A stretch of DNA of 64,000 bases from Candidatus Latescibacterota bacterium. Lineage in GTDB: Bacteria; Latescibacterota; UBA2968; SICM01. Below, one piece after another: positions 55,614 through 64,000 of this stretch (positions are counted from its first letter, which is position 1; each line of letters starts with the position of its first letter). The notes beneath the pieces were generated by a model that worked only from the letters and a program-made list of their open reading frames with translations, searched no databases and was not told where the DNA came from. A program made the position numbers and the translations under genes. The stretch spans positions 2,528,001-2,592,000 of the forward strand of contig CBDCJO010000002.1 of NCBI GenBank assembly GCA_965217865.1. Direction: 5' to 3'.

Positions 55614-56982
55614 CGGAAATGCGAACATCTTCTGAGAGCGGATGTGCCGAAGGATATCGGCTTTCAAGGAGACCGGGATCCTGCTCGTCTCCCTCCAGGC
55701 AAGCACACATGGCAAGTTCGTAGGTGTAACGGACGCGTTCACAAGAGGCGGGATTGGGTTTGGACGCATCTCCCGTGGCCATCACCGCATCCGCGCAGCA
55801 ACCTCCTCCGCACTGATACCTCGCCCAGCAATTCCTGCAAGGTTCACGCCGCTCGACGTGGAGATCCTGCAACCACGAGCTGTACCGCTCCCGGTCTATC
55901 CCCGAAAACACATCACCCATTTGGAGTGAATCCCAACCCAACAGGTCGGAACAGGGGTATAGACCCCCTTGCGGAGACACGGCTATGGATCGAGTACCCG
56001 CTCCACAGCTGTATAAAAGAACGTGTCGACCCATCAACTGCGCTATCGGCCCCTCGATCTCTTCTAGAACCATCTCATCTCGGCTCACCAGATGATCGAT
56101 CGTATAATCCCTCAACACTCCCAAGTTATTTCGCACATCCTGGATATGCTCCTCCCGGATATGGTCTGGGTGTTGAGCCGGCAAACTTGCCCAGCGGACG
56201 CCTATGGCCCTGGCAAACGGAAATCGGCGTTTCAACTCGCCAATGCGGCCCGCCAAATCCATATCCCTTCTGTTTGCCACAATCTGAAGACGGAGCTCCC
56301 CCGATTGAGGTCCCGTTCCCAAGACTGAGGCAATTCGATCCAGGGAATCCTGATGGTAGTCTCCACGGACTTCCACAATCAGGCAAACTCCCTTATCATT
56401 GATATAGGTCAAATTTCTCTCTGTCAGGGTGGAACCGTCCGTGACCAATTCGAAATGAAGCTTCTTTCCAAGCGCAGCAGCCTGCACCTCACCATATTCA
56501 ATGATGCGTCTGATGAGAGGAAAGTTCAGAAGGGGGTCACCCCCCTCGAATGAAATCGTACAGTCCTCTAACAACCCGGACTCTTGCATGAGGAGGTCCA
56601 TCGCCCCCAGGGCTACGCCTTCCGACATGTACTTAGGCCCGGTACTCCGATCAGAATTGATGGTATCGGTGGTAACACAAAGGGAAAGATGTGAAATTTC
56701 GACCCGGCTGGGCGGGTGGAACGGAGCTATCTGGACCGGTTTGGGACTCAAAATCTCAGCCCGTTCAAGTTCCTCTATCGCGGACTTGATCTCATCCGCT
56801 GGATGGCTTCCGAGAAGAAGCTTGAAAATCTCTTCAGATGTATGGCCGCTGCCGACAGCCAGAACATCCCGGGTCACGTCATCGATCTCGAAAAACCCGC
56901 CCCTGAGAACATCAAACAGAATATGTCTCTGATTCATTTCGAAAACGTGACTCTCGCATTTGAAAACGGTATTCGAAATCAT
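55582..56982 (-). CDS. RRE + radical-SAM-like + SPASM protein lacking CxxxCxxC
   Basis: PqqD-like N-terminus; FEGGDPLLNF; SPASM CGAG..YPC..CRNCWARYQCGGGC..C; SAM-cluster motif absent. Confidence 0.8.
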   Translation of the reverse strand: MISNTVFKCESHVFEMNQRHILFDVLRGGFFEIDDVTRDVLAVGSGHTSEEIFKLLLGSHPADEIKSAIEELERAEILSPKPVQIAPFHPPSRVEISHLSLCVTTDTINSDRSTGPKYMSEGVALGAMDLLMQESGLLEDCTISFEGGDPLLNFPLIRRIIEYGEVQAAALGKKLHFELVTDGSTLTERNLTYINDKGVCLIVEVRGDYHQDSLDRIASVLGTGPQSGELRLQIVANRRDMDLAGRIGELKRRFPFARAIGVRWASLPAQHPDHIREEHIQDVRNNLGVLRDYTIDHLVSRDEMVLEEIEGPIAQLMGRHVLLYSCGAGTRSIAVSPQGGLYPCSDLLGWDSLQMGDVFSGIDRERYSSWLQDLHVERREPCRNCWARYQCGGGCCADAVMATGDASKPNPASCERVRYTYELAMCACLEGDEQDPGLLESRYPSAHPLSEDVRISDEHPVLERYA

Positions 56983-57043
56983 TGAATAGTTCCCCTGATT
57001 AATAACTCTTCCGGTCTAACGCCCTCCTCCTCCAAAACCCCCT

Positions 57044-58408
57044 TTACAAACGCCCTGTCCGTTTCCGTTGTCTCCAGTTCCAGCTCACGCCTCTCCCCCA
57101 GGCCTCCAACGCCCTGTCCGTTTCCGTTGTCTCCAGTTCCAGCTCACGCCTCTCCCCCAGGCCTCCAACCACCTCCAAAGCAGCGTCGGCCTGGTGGCGC
57201 GAAGTGATGGCCACCGGATGGGTGAATATCCGATTCGAGTCCCGATCACCCGGGACGATCGGACCGATCCGGCACTGGATCCCGGCCAGGTGGGGGAGGA
57301 AGCCATCGCATGCCTGGCCGGTCCAGTGCCGAAGCGTCACGGACATATCAAACCCTTGACCCCGTATCGCCTTTGCCATTCCAAACTGCCTGACCATTCG
57401 CCATAAGCCCGCCCCACGGATGGGAGAAGGAATCACTTCATCGATATACCGGCACGCGGAAAAAAGCCCTTCGAAACCCGAAGGGACCAGACAGGCGATG
57501 TGGGCATCCGGATGCTGTCCCCTCAGGTATCTCAAGGCGGGGATGGCCAGGACCACGTCTCCGATCCCGCCCGGCGCAAGGACGAGGATCCGGCCTGGAA
57601 TCGGAGATTCAGGCGACGGCCTTCGAACCCGGTTTATAAAAGACCCGAATCCAAAAATTGCGGCCCTTTCCATCGCCTCACAAATACGCCCCTTCACCAT
57701 AGCCGCTACAGAGAGGAGAAAGGGCAATACCACACGTGGCAAGAAATCGTAGCGGTCCACATACGTAAGAACCCGGGTGTCGAGAAGCCATCCCGACATC
57801 CACGTAAGGCAGAAACCTCGATAGGGGTGACGATCCGAAAAATCGTAAACTCCTACCGCCAGATCGAACCCGCCGGCCTTCCGCAACGCCCTGACCAGGG
57901 CGGGAAGATTTCGGATATCCGCGCTGAATCTTCGAATATGCAAGTCGGCCCCAGGAATCCTTTCCCGGATGATCCCCGCAGGAATCCTGATGGCTGATGG
58001 ATCCGTGGAAAAGGTATAGAGAAGAACCCTCAAGTCCCTCCCGTTTACACCTTCCAGCAAACCATCACCGTGCCCACGGATCGACCATCGGAATAGATTT
58101 TCGAGGGGGTTCAACGGGCTATACACAATTGGGACCCAACGGCCTAAAAAGCGCTGGAGGACCCCGACCTGGATCGCCCCGACCGACCTCAGTTCCTCCA
58201 GCGCATCGCAGATATCCTCCTCCGGAAGATGGTCCTTCAGGGCATTCACCACCTCCCCGGAGGTACGTCCATCGCAGACGGAAAGAACAGCACGCACGAC
58301 ATCGTCGATCTCGAACCCGAGACTGTTCCCGGAGATCAACACGGTCCGACCGTCACCGGTCTCAATGATATCCAGCCCGTCTCGGATATAGAGGTTTCCG
58401 TTCATCAC
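57044..58408 (-). CDS. RRE (PqqD-like) fused to GT9 heptosyltransferase-like domain; C-terminally truncated
   Basis: FEIDDVVRAVLSVCDGRT...ALEELRSVGAI is paralogous to the rSAM N-termini; RILVLAPGGIGDVVLAIPALRYLR. Confidence 0.78.
   Translation of the reverse strand: MMNGNLYIRDGLDIIETGDGRTVLISGNSLGFEIDDVVRAVLSVCDGRTSGEVVNALKDHLPEEDICDALEELRSVGAIQVGVLQRFLGRWVPIVYSPLNPLENLFRWSIRGHGDGLLEGVNGRDLRVLLYTFSTDPSAIRIPAGIIRERIPGADLHIRRFSADIRNLPALVRALRKAGGFDLAVGVYDFSDRHPYRGFCLTWMSGWLLDTRVLTYVDRYDFLPRVVLPFLLSVAAMVKGRICEAMERAAIFGFGSFINRVRRPSPESPIPGRILVLAPGGIGDVVLAIPALRYLRGQHPDAHIACLVPSGFEGLFSACRYIDEVIPSPIRGAGLWRMVRQFGMAKAIRGQGFDMSVTLRHWTGQACDGFLPHLAGIQCRIGPIVPGDRDSNRIFTHPVAITSRHQADAALEVVGGLGERRELELETTETDRALEAWGRGVSWNWRQRKRTGRL
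57049..57169. repeat. 59-bp perfect tandem duplication in the 3' end of the GT9 gene
   Basis: AACGCCCTGTCC...GGCCTCC repeated at 57049 and 57108. Confidence 0.92.
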
Positions 58409-59862
58409 GCAGGCACCGCTTCAAGGTCTAGAAATCGTCGATCGACCAGTTCCTGATCGCGCTCCTGAAGCTCGACACACATGCCCATCGCCAGCTCGTA
58501 AGAGTGGCGGATGATTTCACACGACACGGGATTCGGGGTGAATCCGTCGCCGGTGGCCAAAAACGCATCGTGAGCGCACCCCCCTCCGCACAGGTTTCTC
58601 GCCCAGCATGTCTGGCAGGGCTTCTTGTTCCCGATGTAGAGCCGGTCTTTGAATCCGTCCTGTTTTTCCGAATCCAGTCCGGAAAAGACATCCCCGAGTC
58701 GGAACTCATCCTTCCCGGCCAGGCTGGAACAGAAATAGATCGAACCGTCGATGGATATCGACAGAAGTTTCCGGCCCCCGCTGCAACCGTATTTCGCCCG
58801 CTCCTGCTTCAGGAGTTGGCGTGCAAGGCTCTCAAACCTCCCTAGCTTCGTGGGGGGGTCCTCGTTGACAAGCCTCTCCACACAGTAGTCGCGCATCTCC
58901 CTTAGATGAGTCCGCATCTGGGGAAGATGCTCCTCCCGAATTGCCCACGGTTTGTCCGGGGTCTCGTTGACCGTTCCGACCAGGACAGCGCTGGCCTCCC
59001 CGAGTTCCGACAGGCTCCTGGCGGTTCCCGCAAGGTCCATGTTGGCCGATGTCAGCGTTGCCCGCAGGGTCACCTTCTCGGGCCTTTCGGCCATCATTCG
59101 TTGGGCGTTTCGAGACACCACTTCGTATGAGCCTTTTCCGTCGTGGAACATCCGCAGCCCGCTCTCGTCCTGCTTCGGGCCGTCGAGGCTGACCATCACT
59201 TCGATGTCCTCTTCATCGAAGAAACGGACCACTTCATCGTTCATCAACGTCCCATTCGTCGTGATCCCGAACGTTACGACGACCCCGACCTCCTCAGCCT
59301 TAAGACGGGCATACCGAACCACCTCTTTGATCAGGGGAAAATTGAGGAGCGGTTCTCCCCCGAAGAAATTGATGTGAGAACGGCCGACGGATCTACATCG
59401 ATCCAGCACCCAGTCCACGGCTTGCCGGGCGACCTCCGGCCGCATCTGCTCGACCCTTCCCCCGTAGGCCCCGCCGTCGGCGAAGCAGTAGATGCACTTG
59501 AGGTTGCATGCGTGGGAGACGTGCAGGGTCACACAGATCGGCGCGTCTGGTGTGCATTGGGGGTTCTCAGAATCCGGGATTTCGGACGGAATGGGCCCTT
59601 CGGAAATCAGGCCGGCTCCCTCCAACTCATGCGAAACCTCCAGGATTTCCTCCGGTGTCCATTGATCCGACAAAGCGGCGGCTACCTGTTCCGAAGACAA
59701 CCCCTCGCACGCGTCCAGAACCGCCTCGGACAGTTCGTCGATCTCGAAGAACCGGAGACCTTCCACGTCGAATAGAAGACGCCGGGAACCGTCCTGAAAC
59801 GTGTGTACCTCAGGCCGCCTGTACACCGGACCCGCCTTTCTTCTCCTGATCTGCCTTTTCAT
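58405..59862 (-). CDS. RRE + radical SAM + SPASM peptide maturase
   Basis: CNLKCIYC, FFGGEPLLN, TTNGT, VSLDG; SPASM CSGG..YFC..CQTCWARNLCGGGC..C. Confidence 0.93.
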   Translation of the reverse strand: MKRQIRRRKAGPVYRRPEVHTFQDGSRRLLFDVEGLRFFEIDELSEAVLDACEGLSSEQVAAALSDQWTPEEILEVSHELEGAGLISEGPIPSEIPDSENPQCTPDAPICVTLHVSHACNLKCIYCFADGGAYGGRVEQMRPEVARQAVDWVLDRCRSVGRSHINFFGGEPLLNFPLIKEVVRYARLKAEEVGVVVTFGITTNGTLMNDEVVRFFDEEDIEVMVSLDGPKQDESGLRMFHDGKGSYEVVSRNAQRMMAERPEKVTLRATLTSANMDLAGTARSLSELGEASAVLVGTVNETPDKPWAIREEHLPQMRTHLREMRDYCVERLVNEDPPTKLGRFESLARQLLKQERAKYGCSGGRKLLSISIDGSIYFCSSLAGKDEFRLGDVFSGLDSEKQDGFKDRLYIGNKKPCQTCWARNLCGGGCAHDAFLATGDGFTPNPVSCEIIRHSYELAMGMCVELQERDQELVDRRFLDLEAVPA

Positions 59863-60062
59863 CGACCTCGATCGTCCGGTTCTCAGCACCCTTGTTCTTT
59901 AAGAACGAGAAGTTGGGCCAAGGGAACATAGGGTAATCCGGATAACAGGATAAAGTGATCCGTCGCGTCTGCCCGGCCTTTGGCCTGGGCTTTCCCCTTG
60001 TCTGAATTTCCAAACACCCGTGAAAGCCCATTGACCAGCCTTAAATGTCGCTTTCTTTCCAT
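59810..60062 (-). CDS. Putative RiPP precursor B (one +1 frameshift near 59990)
   Basis: GGAGG RBS; MERKRHLRLVNGLSR... then in the next frame ...RRITLSCYPDYPMFPWPNFSFLKNK...; both halves match peptide A. Confidence 0.6.
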
Positions 60063-60125
60063 GAAGTCCTCCGGTGGTTTCAAGTCAAGCTGTTTGGGGA
60101 GATTGATAATTGAATATCCTTATCA

Positions 60126-60323
60126 CTACTCATTACTCGGGGTGGTCCTGGATTCGGTCTCATCCGGGGAGTTAACGGGACTTTGACGACGAAACAGGGA
60201 AAAGTTGGGGAAGATAGATCCTTCCGGCCAAATCGAGAGGGTGATGGACTGAAACGAATCTGAACGGCCACGGAAACCCGCAATCCCCTCATGATCGCGC
60301 GCGAGCCCGTTGACCAGCTTGCC
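60126..60323 (-). pseudogene. Putative RiPP precursor A (no start codon; not in the ORF track)
   Basis: GKLVNGLARDHEGIAGFRGRSDSFQSITLSIWPEGSIFPNFSLFRRQSPVNSPDETESRTTPSNE*; in-frame TAG immediately upstream. Confidence 0.55.
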
Positions 60324-60346
60324 CTATTCCAAAATGCCGAATATAG

Positions 60347-60378
60347 AAAAAAAAGCACCGGACAGTGTCCAAGTGCTT
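60347..60378 (-). terminator. Intrinsic terminator
   Basis: AAGCACTTGGAC-ACT-GTCCGGTGCTT followed by a T-run on the minus strand. Confidence 0.75.
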
Positions 60379-60520
60379 GAAAAACAGTTTGAAATCACGG
60401 GGAAGTCTTTAACCCTGGAGCTTAATTCATTCGGTTGGAATGATAAATATCCTTAGCATCCAATTTTTCCATCAATTATAAAAATCTCCTATCTATTAAC
60501 AAATAAATGTGGATGAATAA

Positions 60521-60567
60521 GTGCACAAGTTATATGCACATAGGTGCAAAGAAATCTTTGCACCTAT
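60521..60567. promoter_or_regulatory. Two adjacent GTGCA...TGCAC palindromes, candidate enhancer (UAS) sites
   Basis: GTGCA-N9-TGCAC (60521-60539) and perfect ATAGGTGCAAAG-aaat-CTTTGCACCTAT (60540-60567). Confidence 0.5.
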
Positions 60568-60596
60568 CGTGTTCCATTAATACCGGGACATGTTTG

Positions 60597-63500
60597 TCAA
60601 TCCTGGTTCCTCAACCCATAGCGTTTCATCTTCTGCTGAAGCGTCACCCGGCTGATCTTCAATGTTTCCGCGGTTCGGGTCACATTGTGGCCGTTATTGA
60701 CCAGGGCCTCTCTGATCATTGCCCGCTCCACCTGTTCTACCGCCTCCTTGAGGGAATCCCTGTCTCCTGCCAATGAAACAGCGTCGACAGAACGGCCCCG
60801 AACCCTCTCCGATAAAGCATCTTTTGAGATCTCCTGACCCGAGGGGGTGAGTGTCACAGCCCGTTTGATCTCATTCTCCAGTTCCCGTACGTTTCCAGGC
60901 CAGGTATGATCGATCAGAAGGGCCATAGCATCTGGTTCGATCCCGGGCACTTCCCGATTCAATGTCTTCCCGAACTCGTCCAAAAAATGCCTTGCAAGCA
61001 TCGGGATATCCTCTCGCCGGTCCCGCATGGGAGGAAGCGGGATCGGAAAGGCATTCAGCCGATAGAAAAGATCCTCCCGAAACCGGCCTTCACCGATCTC
61101 TTTTCCCAGATCCCTGTTGGTTGCGACAATCACCCGCACATCCACCTTTCTGGCCTTTGTCTCCCCAACACGGCGGACCTCCCCCTCCTGGAGCACGCGC
61201 AGGAGCCGGGATTGTACCTCCGGAGAGGCGTTCGTGATTTCGTCCAGGAAGAGCGTACCTCCGGTAGCGGCTTCGAACAGCCCGGACCGGTCCGCGATGG
61301 CCCCGGTAAAGGCACCCCGCCGATGTCCGAACAGCTCGCTCTCCAAAAGGCCTGGCGGCATCGCCCCGCAGTCCTGCACGATGAACGGACCGTCCTTTCG
61401 AGGGCCGTTGTAATGGATACTCCGTGCGACCAGCTCCTTGCCTACCCCGGTTTCCCCGGTGAGGAGGACCGTCATCCCGTGACCCGCCGCATTCGAAATC
61501 AGGGCGTAAACCTTCTGCATCGCCGGGCTCCCGCCGATCAGGCTGTCGAAGGCATAGCGCCGCTCAGCCTCCTGCTGGAGATGCAGGGCCTTCTGTTTCA
61601 GACCTTCGTGCAACTCCGCATTTTCGATCGCGATGGCCGCCAAATTCCCGAAGGCCTTCAGGAACTCCTCGTCCTCTTCCAAAAAGGCATCGGCGTGCCC
61701 CCGATGGTCCACGTAGAGCGCACCGATGATCCGACCGGATTTGATGCGAAGGGGCATGCACATCACGGACCGGATTCGATAGTCCACCACGCTCTGCCGG
61801 CCGACAAATTTCGGGTCGCTCTTCGCGTCCGCCGCCCTGAGGGGCCGCCCTGAAGTCATCGCATCCCGGATCAGGCTGTAACTGATCTGCGCGACCTCCT
61901 TCTCTTCCATCCGACGTGCCCTATAGGACCGGACCGTCAGCTCCTCACCCGGCTCCGCCAGAACGATAAGTCCCCGCTCGGCCTGCGTCGTCTCGAGGAG
62001 CAGGTCGATGGAACGGTTCAACAGGACGTCCAGATCGAGTATGGATGTCAGGGCCTTGCTCACCTCATACAGGGTCGACAGACGGTCCTCCGTAATCAGA
62101 TGATCTCCTGGAATATCCGGGTTGCTCATTTCGGTCTGTGAATCCGGTGCTGGGGTCTCTAACCTGGGATTTTCTGCTTCCGTGGGTTTGACTCTCCCAG
62201 AACCAGGGTCCCCCTTTTTGGATTGGGTGTTTTTTTTCATAACGATCTCCAACTCCCGAGCGGCCTTGCCCGCGAAATGCGTGGCACCCATCTGGGTAAA
62301 TATCTCTTCGGCCTTCTTGAGACAATTGATAGCATGCCCATGTTCCCCGAATCGATGATAAAACTTCCCCCCTTCCAGATAGGAACATCCCAGGTCGTAA
62401 ATCGGGTTCCCATCGATCACCGAGATGCTCTTTTTAAAACACCGTTCCGCCTCTTCATAATGCCCCATGGCTGACCTGGCTTTTCCAATCGCGCGCCAGC
62501 TCTGGTTCTGACGTAGAATATCCGCTGCCCCTGAAACATCCCGGGCAAGAAGGGCTTGTTTCAAGGCCCTATCCGGCCGACCCTGTCTAAGGGCGATCTC
62601 CGACAACTGGCAGTAGGCCAGCGGCAATTTTAACGTATCCTGAATCGTGAGGAACATTTCTTGGGCTGTTCGATAAGCATCTTCAGCGTTTTTCAGATCC
62701 CCCCGTTCAAGATAGATCGCACCCATGTCGATCAAAGTCTTCGCAACTCGACGTTTGGATCTCTGTGATCTGTCAAATTCCAACTCCTGTCGGGCGAATT
62801 CCTCAGCTAAGTCAAATTCTCCCCGTAGAAGATAGATCTGTCGAAGAGGGCCCAAACTCATGTATTTGGATATGGGGTCTTCGATCTCCTCGCAGATCTT
62901 CAGAGCTTCCCTTTCGCACTTCTCAACCTGGAGCAGATCTCCCCGCATCGAATGAGCCCGGGAAAGGGTTTGTAGACACCTGATCTCATTCCTTTTTCCT
63001 TCCATCATTCGATACTTTTCAGCAGCCTTGAACATGAATCCAGATGCCCGGTCAAACTCCCTTTTGTGCCAACAAAATGCGCTCAACCTCTGGAGTGAAA
63101 AAGCTTCATTTTCGCCATCACCCAGTAATTTATAAAGTCTCTGAGCTTTGAGGGCTGTCTCAATGGCCTTATCGTGGTCATCCTGATAAAGATATACACC
63201 GGAAAGGACCGAAAAAGCTTTTGCCTTCTGGTAGTCCATTTTCTCATTTTTTATTAGATCAAGAACCTGTTCGGCATTTCTTTTCGCTTCCTGCCATCGA
63301 CCTGTCATTATTAAGACGTATGCATAATTGCAGATAAGGTCCGTGTGAACGGTCGCCTTCTTTGTCAAACCTTCCGCTTGAATTAGCCCCAGAGCCTTTT
63401 CATAGGAGGATATGGCATTTCCGATGGCGTAGAGTTCGACCGCCCGATCTCCCCCATGCTTCAGGTAGGATATCGCCTTTTTGTGGTCCCCCCCTTCGTA

Positions 63501-64000
63501 AAAGTGGTGTGCGAGGGTTTCCACGACCCCTTCGGTCTGTCCGTTGCAGTGGCTCTCCAGGTTCTCTCCAACCTCCCGATGAAGCTGCCTTCGCCTCTCC
63601 TCAGGGATACCCTGGTAGATCACCTCCTGCTGCATCGCGTGAATAAAACGATATCTGGCCTTGGAGATCTCCTCGCGAATCACCTGCGCTCGGCGCAACC
63701 CTTCCAAAGCATCCAACAGGGGTAGCTCTCCGGTTTTGCTGACCTCCATAAGGGTGTCAAAGTCGAAGTGCCGCCCGATGACCGCCGCCCAATCGAGGAT
63801 CTTTTCCGTTTCCGGATCACCTCCTGAACCCTCTCGGGTACTCCTTTGATTTCCTCATCCCTGATCTGCCACCGCCCCTGTTCCCAAAAGATATGCCCCC
63901 CCTCCACGAGGGATCGAATGAGTTCGGTCACAAACAGAGGGTTTGCCTCAGCCTTTTGGAATACGCGTCGCCCAACCGCCTCGGGGATCTCCGCATCACC
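60597..64000 (-). CDS. Large ATPase/TPR/GAF/sigma-54-interaction/Fis-HTH activator (5' end outside window; frameshift near 63812)
   Basis: GETGVGKE, ESELFGH..GAFTGA, LFLDEI, WPGNVREL, C-terminal HTH; TPRs; ANPLFVTE and YRFIH motifs typical of STAND-type ATPases. Confidence 0.9.

Noticed and set aside
57049-57169. Possible CRISPR-like repeat
   Set aside because: Only two adjacent 59-bp copies with no spacer, inside coding DNA; no cas genes
59883-60083. 66-aa ORF taken at face value as the precursor
   Set aside because: Its 3' half has no similarity to peptide A whereas the +1 frame does; a frameshift is more likely, though reads are needed
60080-60358. 92-aa ORF from the track
   Set aside because: It starts inside a terminator, has no RBS, and is a shadow frame of peptide A
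1-64000. Alternative genetic code (UGA=Trp or Gly)
   Set aside because: TGA terminates many conserved genes at expected positions (for example the flippase, fhs, HD-GYP) and TGG is used normally

Overview
Bacterial chromosomal window, about 57% GC by eye. It looks like a long-read metagenome assembly with several single-base homopolymer frameshifts; gene style suggests an uncultured FCB/Latescibacterota-like organism (inference only). From left to right: (i) TolC and an HTH-MBL hydrolase; (ii) surface-glycan locus 1, with a GT4 split by an IS110/IS1111-type element that has a long 3' non-coding (bridge/seek RNA-like) end; (iii) a secreted protein made of about 7 tandem 199-aa repeats, behind two CRP-type boxes; (iv) housekeeping genes (folC, fhs, phhB, orphan fliG, purE/purD, selenocysteine-containing selD with SECIS, def, recG, HD-GYP); (v) glycan locus 2, where two adjacent GT4 genes are each split by a copy of the same IS5/IS1182-type element; (vi) at 54.3-64 kb, an apparently undescribed RiPP-like cluster. 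The cluster has two paralogous Cys-poor precursor-like peptides that the ORF track misses (shared LVNGL.R leader and ITLS.[WY]P[ED]...[FW]PNFS core), an RRE-radical SAM-SPASM enzyme, an RRE-fused GT9 glycosyltransferase, a second RRE-rSAM-SPASM paralogue lacking CxxxCxxC, and a GT4. It lies downstream of a giant ATPase/TPR/GAF/sigma-54 activator. Several genes of the cluster carry lesions, so it may be decaying in this strain.
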